64,000 nt of DNA from Deferrisomatales bacterium. Lineage in GTDB: Bacteria > Desulfobacterota > Deferrisomatia > Deferrisomatales > JACRMM01. The stretch covers positions 60,380-124,379 of the forward strand of contig JAWSUI010000005.1 of NCBI GenBank assembly GCA_033551855.1. The letters run 5' to 3'. Position numbers and translations under genes: made by a program. The notes beneath the pieces were generated by a model. It saw only the letters and a program-made list of their open reading frames with translations. It had not been told where the DNA came from and searched no databases. Below, one piece after another: positions 19,723 through 36,934 of the stretch (the stretch's first letter is position 1; each line of letters opens with the position of its first letter).

Positions 19723-20738
19723 CCCCCATGCCCGGGGCCTCCCGGTCTCGTCAGGAGCAGCCCCTGGTATTCTGCCACATGGTCGTAGAATTCGCGAAAC
19801 ACCTCGGCCGCCTCGCACTGCGCGTTGGGAACCCGCACCAGGGATCGGGCGCCGGGGTCACGGCGCAGGCCGAGAAACTCCATCACGTGGAAGCGCTCGA
19901 CGGCGTAGCCCAGGCGTCGGGCCACCCGCTCGAGGTGTGCGAACCGGATCGTGTACTCGTCGTGCCCCTTGAGGGCGATACGGCGGGGAAACCCGTCGGA
20001 GGGAGGCAGCTCCGCGAGCTCCCGGTAGGGGGCGGGCACGACCGTATCGGCGCCGTGCTCGGTCAGGAAGACCGCCCGGGCTCGTGGCGCCAGGGCCTCC
20101 AGGTACTCGACCGCGCCCACGTTGAAGGCGAAGGTGTCGGGCGCTCCCTCCACGTCCCCCTCGAGGCCGTAGGCCGCGACGAGTCGGGCGGCCCGGCCCA
20201 CCGGATCGTCCGGCGGGGCGAGGACGTGCTCCCGCCGGGCAGCCCGCCGGAGCACGTCGTCCCGGGGCAGGTTCACGTAGGTCCGCAGGTCCCCGATGTT
20301 CTCGTTGCTCACGACGAGATCGATGGGGGCGTCGGAGCGGCCCAGGTACTCGACGGCGTCGGCCACGACGAACCGCACCCCCGGCCGGCCGCAGAGAGCG
20401 GCCTCCTGAAGGCCCAGGAAACGGGGGCTCAGATCCACCATGGTGAGATCGGAGACCTCGACGACCTCGAGGAACGCCGCCATGAGACTCCCCGTTCCGC
20501 CCCCCACCTCCACCACGGTCCCGAACGCGCGCGTCCCCAGCCGGTCCGCGAGGAGCTCCCCCACGGCCTCCCCGTAGCGACGGGGCCGCTCCAGGGCAGC
20601 CAGGTAGGGGCTGTCCCTGTCGGCCAGGCACTGGCAGACCGTCATCTCCCACAGGAGGCTGGGCGCCTCCTCCCCGGCGTAGTAGGCAGACGGGTCGTTG
20701 ACCGACACCGCCTCCGGGGCTCCCGGCTGGGGCTTCAT
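19719..20738 (-). CDS. Class I SAM-dependent methyltransferase
   Basis: VVEVGGGTG, MVDLS, DLVVSNE. Confidence 0.75.
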   Translation of the reverse strand: MKPQPGAPEAVSVNDPSAYYAGEEAPSLLWEMTVCQCLADRDSPYLAALERPRRYGEAVGELLADRLGTRAFGTVVEVGGGTGSLMAAFLEVVEVSDLTMVDLSPRFLGLQEAALCGRPGVRFVVADAVEYLGRSDAPIDLVVSNENIGDLRTYVNLPRDDVLRRAARREHVLAPPDDPVGRAARLVAAYGLEGDVEGAPDTFAFNVGAVEYLEALAPRARAVFLTEHGADTVVPAPYRELAELPPSDGFPRRIALKGHDEYTIRFAHLERVARRLGYAVERFHVMEFLGLRRDPGARSLVRVPNAQCEAAEVFREFYDHVAEYQGLLLTRPGGPGHGG

Positions 20739-20784
20739 CGGCGTCTGTCCCTCGGGTCACGCTCGAGTGACGCGGACCGCACAC

Positions 20785-20824
20785 GGCAAACGGGGCCGGC
20801 CCTCTCGGGCCGGCCCCGTTTGCC
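20785..20824. terminator. Perfect 18-bp stem-loop downstream of acs
   Basis: ggcaaacggggccggccc-tctc-gggccggccccgtttgcc. Confidence 0.65.
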
Positions 20825-20843
20825 TGCTCTGGTCGGAGCGACC

Positions 20844-22826
<1,983 letters not shown>

Positions 22827-22975
22827 GCTTCCCTCCTTACCCACAGGTTGACAAACGGAGCCTCTCACGTGAATACCGCAGCCGAGCACCGGCGCGGGCC
22901 CAACCGGGCGAACAGGGTGGAGGCGGATTCTACCGAAGCGAACAGCGGTGGACAACCCCAAAACGACGTTATGAA

Positions 22976-22989
22976 ACCAACCGATCGGT
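22976..22989. promoter_or_regulatory. Putative TetR-type operator upstream of acs
   Basis: accaaccgatcggt is a 1-mismatch ACCGA-N4-TCGGT palindrome resembling the site at 60787-60806. Confidence 0.45.
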
Positions 22990-23298
22990 AGGCGGCGGGC
23001 GCCGGGGGCGCTCTCAACGGGTCGAGAACCGGCTTTTCCGGGGAAAGACGGGTTTCACACCCAGGGACGGCCGGTGGATCCGAGAGCGCAGGCGGACGGC
23101 CGATCGATGACCACACCCCCTTCGGGGCCGGGGTTCCCCCCCTGGCGGGTCGGAGGACCTGAGGGCTCGCAGGCGTGGGGTCGTCCGTCGGCGGCGGCCG
23201 GAGTCGGCGGACCCGCCCGGCCCTTTCTCGGATGGTCCCGAAGACCTGCCCCGCGCGACCTCCGCGAACGCCCCCACGGCGCAACACCCTTCGCGGGA

Positions 23299-23385
23299 GG
23301 AACCTCCCGGGTGCGCGGAGACGGAGCGCGAAGCTGCTCTCGGGTCATGCGAATCTCCGGAACCTCCCGGGTGCGCGGAGACGGA
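23299..23385. CRISPR. Orphan CRISPR-like unit: two identical 27-bp repeats and one 33-bp spacer
   Basis: GGAACCTCCCGGGTGCGCGGAGACGGA at 23299-23325 and 23359-23385, period 60; reverse complement resembles type I-E repeats; no cas genes in the window. Confidence 0.4.
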
Positions 23386-23551
23386 ACCGCCGCCGACAAA
23401 CAGGACGGCCTCCGGTAGACTATGGGCGGCCGCAACCCCGCTCGCAGGAACCCGGCCGGGGTCATGGCGCCCAGTGGGGGGCGAACGCCCCACGGCCGGC
23501 CCGCGGCGCAGCATCCGGCGGCCCGGCGCCCCGTCCACCAGGAGACCGACC

Positions 23552-25117
23552 GTGTACAACCGCCCCGAGCTGTCCGACGAAGACCTCGCCCTCCTGGTGC
23601 CCCACACGATGGGGACGCAGCACCCGGACAACGTCGGCCGGGTACCTTTCGGCCCGAGCCCGCGGGTGGATCGGAACCTGGAGGAAGAGGAGGTTCTTCA
23701 CAATGTGACGGTCCTGGGCCTTCGGGAGCTGATGATCGACTACGAAAAGAAGCGGGGGGGCTGCACCCCGCTGTGGGACTGGCTGCACAAGTGCCCCACG
23801 TGCCTGGAGGAGCGGGTCATCGGCCGGGACTTCCACGTGACCCCTCGCCTGCCCAACCCCGACACCGACCGGGACGACCCGTATTTCTGGCAGAGCCTGG
23901 GGATCTTCTCCAACTCGCTGCTCGTGATGCGCCGCCTGGGACTGCCCTGGCTCGCCTTCTCGGAGTTCATCCTCCCGGACGTGACCTCCGGGGCCACCGT
24001 GGCTCGGGTGGAGCGCCACATCCAGGAGCGGTTCCGCCTGGACGCGGCGCAGTACCGCGCCTACGGCGACGGCAACGACTTCCCGTTCGCGGGGGATTTC
24101 TTCGTCCAGGGGATACCGCTCATCGAGACGGTGGAAGCCCTCCTGGAGCCGGAAAGAATCTGGGACGACCTCGTTCGGGCCCGCTGGGAGCTCTCGGGGG
24201 TGGAGACCCGCGTGCAGCGAAGCTTCATCGCCCGCAGCGATCCCGCGTTGAAGGCGGGCCTCGTGGCGGCCCTGGTCGCCGCGACCGTCGCCCTGCACAA
24301 GGGCCGCGCCTACGAGCGGCGCACGGGGGTGCGCATCCCCCAGATCGTCGGCATCGGGTCGGCGCCCTTCCGGGGCGGACTCACGCCCGATCCTGCCAGC
24401 ATCGAAGTCGTGGCGAAGACCTACCCGGGGGCGGCCACCCTGACCGTGCAGTCCGCCTTCCGCTACGACCACCCGGAACACGACGTGCGGCGGGCGGCGG
24501 CGGAGATCGAGGGGCGCCTGGCCCGGGGGTGGGTGGCGCGGCACCGGGGGGCTCCGGGTCCGGACGCCCGGGAGACGGACGTCTTGAAGCGCGTGGTCGC
24601 ACGCCTCAAAGCGGCCTACGAAGACTCCTACCGGGAGCTGCTGCCCCTGGTGACCCGGGTGGCGCCGTCGGTGCCGAGTCACCGGGAGCGCTACGAGAAC
24701 GTGGGGGTGACGGGGGAGGTCCGCCGGGTGGGGGGGCTGCCGGCGGTCCGCGCCATCAAGTACGCGGCCTCCTGCTACACCCTCGGCCTGCCGCCCGGAA
24801 TCCTGGGCTTCCGGGCCTGGGAGAACCTCTCGGAAGGCGAGCGGGCGCTCGTGGAGCGGACCTGCCCCACCCTGGGCCACTGGCTCCGCGAGGAGCTGCG
24901 CTTATCGAGCCCGGACACCGTCCGCCGGCTGCTGTCCCGGGAGGGCCTGAGCCTGTGCTCCCGCGACCTGGCGGCGGCCACCGCCTACGCGGGGCGCGTT
25001 GCCCCCGACTCCCGGCACGCCGAGGCGTGCGCGCGGGCGGCAGCCGCCGTGGGGGATCGCGCGGCGCTGGAAGAGGCCGTCCTGGAGGCCGCCTCCCTTC
25101 GCAGGTTTCTCGGGTAG
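23552..25117 (+). CDS. ppcA: Archaeal-type phosphoenolpyruvate carboxylase
   Basis: PHTMGTQHPDN, FIARSDPA, GSAPFRGGL, TVQSAFRYD, RAIKYAASCYTLGLPP; ~520 aa; GTG start with RBS AGGAG. Confidence 0.85.
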   Translation: MYNRPELSDEDLALLVPHTMGTQHPDNVGRVPFGPSPRVDRNLEEEEVLHNVTVLGLRELMIDYEKKRGGCTPLWDWLHKCPTCLEERVIGRDFHVTPRLPNPDTDRDDPYFWQSLGIFSNSLLVMRRLGLPWLAFSEFILPDVTSGATVARVERHIQERFRLDAAQYRAYGDGNDFPFAGDFFVQGIPLIETVEALLEPERIWDDLVRARWELSGVETRVQRSFIARSDPALKAGLVAALVAATVALHKGRAYERRTGVRIPQIVGIGSAPFRGGLTPDPASIEVVAKTYPGAATLTVQSAFRYDHPEHDVRRAAAEIEGRLARGWVARHRGAPGPDARETDVLKRVVARLKAAYEDSYRELLPLVTRVAPSVPSHRERYENVGVTGEVRRVGGLPAVRAIKYAASCYTLGLPPGILGFRAWENLSEGERALVERTCPTLGHWLREELRLSSPDTVRRLLSREGLSLCSRDLAAATAYAGRVAPDSRHAEACARAAAAVGDRAALEEAVLEAASLRRFLG

Positions 25118-25181
25118 CTCCCCCGGAGCATGCGCCGCCCTCCCGCCCCCCGGGAGCCGTCCCGCCCCGTTCCCCGTTCGT

Positions 25182-30278
<5,097 letters not shown>

Positions 30279-30429
30279 ACCACGTCTGGTCTCTCGGTTT
30301 CACCCCCCTGACACCCCGCGGCGCCTCCGACCGCCGTCCCCCAACTACCAACTCATCCCCAGGACGCACCGTACACCCCCCGCCCGAGGCGCCGGAAGAG
30401 AGGACCCCTTCGACGAGCCATCGCCCCGC

Positions 30430-31251
30430 TCAGGGAAGGATCTCCCAGGTGCCGTCCGCGGCGCGACACGCCACGCCCCGTGCCTCCAACTCGCCCCCCT
30501 GGAGCGCCACGACGTGCCGGAACTCACGGCACCGCCCCACGCCGTCCAGATCCCGGATGGGGGTTACGGTGGTCTCGGCTCCGGTTCGGGGGTCCGTCCA
30601 GCGGCCCGGCTGCCCCACCGCGTTCCCTTCCAACACGCTCGCCACGCGCGGGAACGCCGTGCCCGGCCGGCCGTCCTCGACGGCCCGGGATTCCCCGGGC
30701 TTCCCCGGGTCGTCCCGGTCGGGCCGGTACACCCTCGCGCCGGGCCCCTCACCTCGGTGCACGACCCCTCCATAGGGGTCCACGCCGTACGGGCCATAGG
30801 GATCGACCGAATAGCCGGGCGCAACCGTGTAGCCGTAGGATCGGATCCGGATCGGCGCCGCGCGGCTCCTCCCGGTGTGGAACCGCCCCCGGACCCTGTC
30901 CTCGAAGAAGGACCCCTGCTGGTGAGGAAGAACCGGTCGACTGTGGACCGGGACCGCGAACACCGGGCCCGGCCGCCTATCGCGGTGCACCTGCCACGCC
31001 GGGTGGGGTGCGAGCGGCTCATGGCCCCGGAAGAAGGACACGCCGCCCACCCCCGCCGGGGCCGTTCCGCCCCGCGGGAAGCCGCCGACAACACGGCCTC
31101 CGGCCTGTCGGGCCGGGCCGACCACGACCTCCACACTGCCCCGGCCAAACACCGACTCCCCGGTGCCCCTGGCCTGGGCCCATGCCGTCGCGCCGGACAT
31201 CGCCACCGCGGCGATCAGAAACCCAATCGTCAACACCCAACTGCGCATCAT
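30430..31251 (-). CDS. Secreted protein with C-terminal RT0821/17-kDa surface-antigen-like domain
   Basis: Signal peptide MMRSWVLTIGFLIAAVAMSGATAWA; C-terminal RWTDPRTG...CREFRH...GVACRAADGTWEI. Confidence 0.55.
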   Translation of the reverse strand: MMRSWVLTIGFLIAAVAMSGATAWAQARGTGESVFGRGSVEVVVGPARQAGGRVVGGFPRGGTAPAGVGGVSFFRGHEPLAPHPAWQVHRDRRPGPVFAVPVHSRPVLPHQQGSFFEDRVRGRFHTGRSRAAPIRIRSYGYTVAPGYSVDPYGPYGVDPYGGVVHRGEGPGARVYRPDRDDPGKPGESRAVEDGRPGTAFPRVASVLEGNAVGQPGRWTDPRTGAETTVTPIRDLDGVGRCREFRHVVALQGGELEARGVACRAADGTWEILP

Positions 31252-31702
31252 TTTGCTCACCCCCTTTCGACACCTCTTCGATGCGCGGGCTCCGCGGCGG
31301 GGTTCACCCGGCCGAGGCCATGGGTGTGGTTCGGGAGGCCGAAGGCCAACCGGGGTGACCGGCGCGTGGGCCCGACCATCGCGAGGCGCAGCGCGCTCGG
31401 CCACCACCCCCCAACCAACCCACGTCATTCACGAAGGGCGCAACAACACACACCCCATTTTACGGACGAACTCCTCCTTGGAAAGCCGATGAGGTTGTAC
31501 ACCATCCCCCGGCGCGGACAAAGGAAAGGGGCCGCCTGCGTCCCGCCGGGACCCAGTGCTTTCGGCAGGCACGGGAAGAACGGTACACTCACGCCCCGAG
31601 CCGCTTCGCATGCGAGCCGTGTGGGCGGCGCTGCCGCACCGTTCGAAAGGCAATCGAGAAGGGGGCCCCGAGGAGCGGCATCAGGGCACGGGAATCAGGC
31701 GA

Positions 31703-31788
31703 GCCCGGGTGGTGGAACGGCAGACACAGGGGACTTAAAATCCCCAGGCCGAGAGGCCGTGCGGGTTCGAATCCCGCCCCGGGCACCA
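31703..31788 (+). tRNA. tRNA-Leu (anticodon TAA)
   Basis: Acceptor stem GCCCGGG/CCCGGGC followed by ACCA, anticodon arm GGGGA-CTTAAAA-TCCCC, long variable arm, GGTTCGAATCC. Confidence 0.97.
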
Positions 31789-31928
31789 CCAATAGGAACA
31801 AGGTTCATCCGGGAAACGACCGGGGCCACGTGCCTGGGGACGATCGGGTGGGCCCGGCCACGGCCGAAAATACGGTTCCGAACGCGTACGAAGTCGAGGT
31901 GAGCCTCGAGGCGAAGCCGTTCTGCAAG

Positions 31929-34900
31929 TCAACCCCGACTTGCCTCCCTCGCCCCCTGGAAAAACCTCTCCATCCCGGTCAACTCCCCTTGCAGCTCCTC
32001 GATGAGGTCAGCCGCCTCCTCCAGCTCGCCGCTCTCCCCCAGGGCCTCCAGTCGCGCACAGAGTTCTGCCACCCGCTTCGCGTCGAAGAGAAGTGCGGAG
32101 CCCCGCAGCGTGTGCGCCGCCGCAGCCAATCCCGATCCGTCCCCGCGGGCCAGAGCGGCCCGCATGGCGGTTACCCGCTCGGACGTCGTCTTGCGGAAGA
32201 CCTCCACCAGCTTCCAAGCCTTGTCGAGAGGCAGCCGTCCCAGCCAGTCCTCGAGACGCCGCGCCAGGTCCTCCCGCTGCTCGGGCGGCGCGTCGGAGGC
32301 CAGCCCCCCGGCACCGACCGTCGGCCCGCTCATCCAGCCGGCCAAGATCGCGTCGAGCGCGTACGGGTCGAAGGGCTTGCACAGGTAGTCATCCATGCCG
32401 GCCCCCAGGAAGCGCTCCCTGTCCCCCCGCAACGCGTGGGCCGTGAGGGCCACGATCGGGAGGTTCTTCCGAACGCCGGGGACTTCGCCTCGCCGGATCC
32501 GGCGGGCCGCCTCCAACCCGTCGATTTCGGGCATCTGCACGTCCATGAGCACCCCGTCAACGTGCCCCTGGGCCAGTTCCTCCAGCGCTTCCCGCCCGTT
32601 CGACGCCTCCGTCACGGAGTGTCCCCGGCTTTCGAGCAGGGTGCGCACGAACAACCGATTCACCACGTTGTCTTCTGCGAGAAGGACCCGCAGGGAACGA
32701 ACCGGCGGGGGAGTGCCGCGTCTCGGCTCGTGGGCGCCGGCGGTATCCCCGGTTTCGCAGCACTCGAGCTCGGCCGTGAAGACGAACAGGCTCCCCTCTC
32801 CCGGGGTGCTCTCCACCCGGATCTCGCCCCCCATGAGCTCCACCAGGTGCTTGGCGATGGACAGGCCGAGGCCGGTCCCGCCGTATCGGGAGTGGGTCGA
32901 CCGCGTGGCGGCGGAGAAGCTGTCGAAGAGGAGACCCAGGTTTTCGGCGGGGATGCCGATGCCGGTATCCCGCACGGCGAAGCACAGGCGCACCGTGGCA
33001 GGGCCCGCGGACTCTCGGGCGCTGCCGCACTGGATCCGACTCCCCGTCGGGGCCCCTGCCCCCTCCGCCTGCGCGAACCCGACGGTTACCTCCACCTCAC
33101 CACGAGCCGTGAACTTGATCGCGTTGGCCACCAGGTTGGTGAGCACTTGGCGAAGACGCCCCTCATCCCCCCTCAGCGCATCCGGGATTCCCGCATCGAC
33201 GTGGTGCGAGAGCCGCAGCCCTTTCTCGTGCGCGCCAACGCCCAGGGTGGAGACCATTTCCTCCATGAGGCGCCGCAGGTGGAAAGGCGCAGTGTCGAGC
33301 TCCGCCTTCCCGGCCTCGATCCTCGAGAGGTCCAAGATGTCGTTGATGATGTCGAGCAGGTTCTTCGCCGACTGCTTGGCAAGCCGCAGGTACTGCGCCG
33401 GTTTGGCCGGCACCCCTTCCAGGAGGGCCAGCTCGGTCATGCCCATGACCCCGTTCATCGGGGTGCGGATCTCGTGGCTCATCCGGGCGAGGAAGTCGCT
33501 CTTCGCCCGGTTGGCCGCTTGCGCCTCCCCCGCGGCCTTCCCGAGGGCCTCCTGCGTCTTGACCAGCTCGTCGATGTTCAGCGCCGTGCCGAACCAGCGG
33601 ATGATCTGCCCCGCCTCGTCGCGAATCGGGTTGGCCCGCACCTTGAACCACTCGTAGACGCCGTCGTGTCGCCGCACCCGGTACTCGAGATCGTAGGGGG
33701 CGCGCTCCTCGACGGCGGCCCGCCAGGCGGCGAAGGCCCGGGGCTGGTCCTCCGGGTGCAGGAGCCGGCTCCAACCGTCGCCGAGATGTTCCTTCATCGG
33801 CACACCGGTGAAGTCGATCCATTGCTGGCTCTGGTAGTCGCAGTACCCGTCGGGTCTCGTCGTGAACACCATGCCCGGGATGGACTCGAGCGCCTGCCGG
33901 TGGAACGACTCGCTCTCCCGCAGCGACGCCTCGGCCCGGCGTCTCTCGGTGATGTCGCGCACCACGCTGACCAGGCAGCGCTCGCCGTTGATGATCGCCC
34001 CCCGGGCGCTCACCTCCACCGGAAAGGTGGTTGCGTCCCTGCGCCGGTGCACGGTCTCGAAGAGGGCGCCCCGGGCGCTCGCGTCGGCCATTTGCTCCGC
34101 CGCCATCCCCCGCGCATCGGGCGCGCGCAGGTCCTGGATCGACAGGGCGAGCAGCTCCGCGCGTGTGTACCCGTATGCCGCTACCGCGGCGGCGTTGGCC
34201 TCGAGGACGCGCCAGTCGCCCCCCCGCAGGAACAAGATGATGTCCCGGCTCTGCTCGGCCAGCAACTCGTAGCGGCGAAGCGCCTCCTCCGTCCGCTTGC
34301 GCTCGGTGACGTCCAGGAAGACGACCCCGAACCGTTCCGGCTCGGTGCGGTAGGCGTGCACCTCGTACCAGCGGCCCAGCGCCTCGCTGTACGATTCGAA
34401 GTGCGCGGGCTCGCCGGTGAGGGCCACGCGGCCGAAACGCTCGATCCAGAGAGACTCGATGCCGGGCAGGACCTCCCGCGCGGTGCGCCCCACCACGTCC
34501 GCGGCCCGAAGCCCGGTCTGGCGCTCGAACGCGGCATTCACCAAGAGGAACCGATAGTCGGCGGGATTGCCGTCGGCGTCACGGAGGAGCTCGTGGAGCG
34601 CGAAGCCCTCGCCCATGGTCTCGAAGAGCCTTCGGAAGCGCTCTTCGCTCCGGCGCAGGGCTTCCTCGGCCTTCCGGTGGCCGGTGATGTCGTGGACCAT
34701 CCCCACCGAGCGAACGATCTTGCCGGCCTCGTCGCGGAAGTGCCGGCACTTCTCGTGGACGAAGCGGACCTCCCCGCTGCCCTTGCGCACCACCCGGTGC
34801 TCGATCTCGTAGGAGTCGCGGTTCTCCCGGAGCGAGCTGGAGTAGGCGGCATCCACCGCAGCGCGGTCGTCCGGGTGAACCCCGTCGAGGAAGGCACCGT

Positions 34901-36146
34901 AGGTGGCGCGGAGCTCCTGCGGCTCGAGGCCGAAGATGCGGTAGACCTCGTCGGACCACGTGAGCCGGTCGTGTTCGAGGTCGAGCTCCCAGCTCCCCAG
35001 GTGGGCGATCTCCTGGGCCCGCTTCAGGCGCTCCTCGCTCGCCTGCAGCGCCTCCCGGGCCGCCACCCGCTGCAGGGCGAGGCCGATGTTCTGCGCCAAA
35101 CTCTCATAGAAGGCGATCAGGTCGGGCGTGAACCGGCCGCCCCGGCGGTCGTTCAACTGCAGCAGGCCCAGGATCTCGGCGCCCGAGCGCACGGGGAAGA
35201 GCCCGACGGACTCGTAGCCCGCGTGGATGCAGCGGTTGCGCGGGTGAGTCCGCGGATCGGCGTCGAGGGGAAGGGCGAGCAGCTCGCTGGCGGCATTCGT
35301 CCAAAAGCTCCCACCCTCGGTGAAGAAGGACCTGTCGAGGTCGGTGCGTCCACACAGCACCAAGCCACACGTGCACTCCAGCACGGCCCGGCCGGCCGCG
35401 TCCCGGGCGATCGCACCGCCGCCGTCCTTCGCGCAAAGGAAGTTCTCCTCCCGCAGGAACTCGCCCGAAAATCCGCTCTGCTCGAAATAGGGGCAGTCCT
35501 CCGCCTGGCGCAGCCGCAACCCCGCGGCGTCGAAGCCCGTCGCGACCCGGATCTGGCCGAGGACCTCGGCGAGGATCGGGCGCAGGCTGCCGCCGCGGTT
35601 GAGCACGCGCAGGGTGTTCGCCAGGAGCGTCTGGTTTGTCTGTGCCTGCTGTTGCTCGGTGACGTCCTCGGTGAAGATCACGATCCCCCCGACGGCGCCG
35701 CCGGCGTCGAGCCAGGGCCGCACTTCCCAGCGCAGCCATTGCACCGAGCCGTCCTTCCGGTCGAAGCGGTCGGTTTGCGCCTGCACCACTTCGCCGGCGA
35801 GCCCGCGGCGGTACGCCTCCTGCCACCGCTCGGGGATCTCCGGAAAGACTTCCCAGTGCGAGCGCCCCGTCAGATCTCGCTCCCCCAGGCCGAAGTCGCC
35901 CAACCACCGGCGACTGACCTGCAGGTAGCGCAGGTCGCGGTCGAGCATCGCCAGGGAGGCCGGCGCATGCTCGATGAACAGCCGCAGCCGCTCTTCGCTC
36001 GCCCGCAAGAACTCCTCCGCCTTCCGGTCCTCGGTGACGTCCACGGCGGATTCGCCGGGGGGAGGTGCCACGACGCCCACGGCGCCGTCGGCGGCCGCCT
36101 CTTTCCCCCGGACCTGGACCCGCCTGCCCTCGGGGCGCTTCTTCAT
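31929..36146 (-). CDS. Cytoplasmic hybrid sensor histidine kinase (PAS, Cys-rich GAF, multiple PAS, HisKA, HATPase, REC, Hpt)
   Basis: [46 protein letters not shown]. Confidence 0.93.
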   Translation of the reverse strand: MKKRPEGRRVQVRGKEAAADGAVGVVAPPPGESAVDVTEDRKAEEFLRASEERLRLFIEHAPASLAMLDRDLRYLQVSRRWLGDFGLGERDLTGRSHWEVFPEIPERWQEAYRRGLAGEVVQAQTDRFDRKDGSVQWLRWEVRPWLDAGGAVGGIVIFTEDVTEQQQAQTNQTLLANTLRVLNRGGSLRPILAEVLGQIRVATGFDAAGLRLRQAEDCPYFEQSGFSGEFLREENFLCAKDGGGAIARDAAGRAVLECTCGLVLCGRTDLDRSFFTEGGSFWTNAASELLALPLDADPRTHPRNRCIHAGYESVGLFPVRSGAEILGLLQLNDRRGGRFTPDLIAFYESLAQNIGLALQRVAAREALQASEERLKRAQEIAHLGSWELDLEHDRLTWSDEVYRIFGLEPQELRATYGAFLDGVHPDDRAAVDAAYSSSLRENRDSYEIEHRVVRKGSGEVRFVHEKCRHFRDEAGKIVRSVGMVHDITGHRKAEEALRRSEERFRRLFETMGEGFALHELLRDADGNPADYRFLLVNAAFERQTGLRAADVVGRTAREVLPGIESLWIERFGRVALTGEPAHFESYSEALGRWYEVHAYRTEPERFGVVFLDVTERKRTEEALRRYELLAEQSRDIILFLRGGDWRVLEANAAAVAAYGYTRAELLALSIQDLRAPDARGMAAEQMADASARGALFETVHRRRDATTFPVEVSARGAIINGERCLVSVVRDITERRRAEASLRESESFHRQALESIPGMVFTTRPDGYCDYQSQQWIDFTGVPMKEHLGDGWSRLLHPEDQPRAFAAWRAAVEERAPYDLEYRVRRHDGVYEWFKVRANPIRDEAGQIIRWFGTALNIDELVKTQEALGKAAGEAQAANRAKSDFLARMSHEIRTPMNGVMGMTELALLEGVPAKPAQYLRLAKQSAKNLLDIINDILDLSRIEAGKAELDTAPFHLRRLMEEMVSTLGVGAHEKGLRLSHHVDAGIPDALRGDEGRLRQVLTNLVANAIKFTARGEVEVTVGFAQAEGAGAPTGSRIQCGSARESAGPATVRLCFAVRDTGIGIPAENLGLLFDSFSAATRSTHSRYGGTGLGLSIAKHLVELMGGEIRVESTPGEGSLFVFTAELECCETGDTAGAHEPRRGTPPPVRSLRVLLAEDNVVNRLFVRTLLESRGHSVTEASNGREALEELAQGHVDGVLMDVQMPEIDGLEAARRIRRGEVPGVRKNLPIVALTAHALRGDRERFLGAGMDDYLCKPFDPYALDAILAGWMSGPTVGAGGLASDAPPEQREDLARRLEDWLGRLPLDKAWKLVEVFRKTTSERVTAMRAALARGDGSGLAAAAHTLRGSALLFDAKRVAELCARLEALGESGELEEAADLIEELQGELTGMERFFQGAREASRG

Positions 36147-36309
36147 CGTGTGGCCCCTTCTCCGGTGGCGCCTCCGACGCCCCCTCGGGGCGTGTCGGGA
36201 ACCGGTTCGACGAGCTCCCCTTGTACCGTGTATTCGAGGCCCGGTCCAGGCTCCGGACCCGGCATGGGCCCGCGAAATTGCGAGCAGGGCCGCGGCGGGG
36301 AGGGGACTC

Positions 36310-36814
36310 GCCGAAAACCGTCGACCCCACCACCGTCGACTGGGCCGCCGTATCCCTCCAGCGGGAGGCGCTGCACTTCCGCCAGCTGCCGGGGCCTGAA
36401 AATGCCATGGGCAGGGTCAAGTTCCGCTTCCCCAATCGCTTCCACGTGTACTTCCACGACACGCCGTCGCGCGGCCTCTTCGCCCAGGCGCGGCGGGATT
36501 TCAGCCGCGGGTGCATCCGAGTCGCCGAGCCCGTCCGCCTGGCGGAGTACCTGCTGGCGATCGACCCGCGCTGGTCACCGCAGGCGCTGGGAGAAGTGCT
36601 GGCACAGGGACGGGAACGAACGGTGCTGCTGCCTGAGCCGGTGCCCGTGCACGTGCACGTGGAGTATTTCACGACTTGGGTGGAAAAGGACGGGGCCGTT
36701 CACTTCCGCAGCGACATCTACGGTCACGACGACCACCTCGCGACGCGGCTCCGGCGAGATGCCGCAACCGATGGCTCGGTGATGCGGCTCGCGGCCGTCG
36801 CCATCGGCGAGTGA
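36310..36814 (+). pseudogene. C-terminal fragment of a YcbB/LdtD-like L,D-transpeptidase
   Basis: [19 protein letters not shown]...YFHDTP...FSRGCIRV...DIYG; N-terminal domains missing; catalytic SHGC appears as SRGC. Confidence 0.65.
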
Positions 36815-36934
36815 CCTCCCGCGCCGCGGCGGTCCCCCGCCCGACCCTGCGGCGTGGAAACCGGCCGCCAGGGACAGACCATTCTCCTGCGCGAGGGAGC
36901 CGCTGCCGGGGGGCCCGGGCGCCGCCCCGGCCTC

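Noticed and set aside
31789..36900. Genomic island integrated at tRNA-Leu
   Set aside because: No integrase is present and I could not find a duplicated tRNA 3' end in the window.
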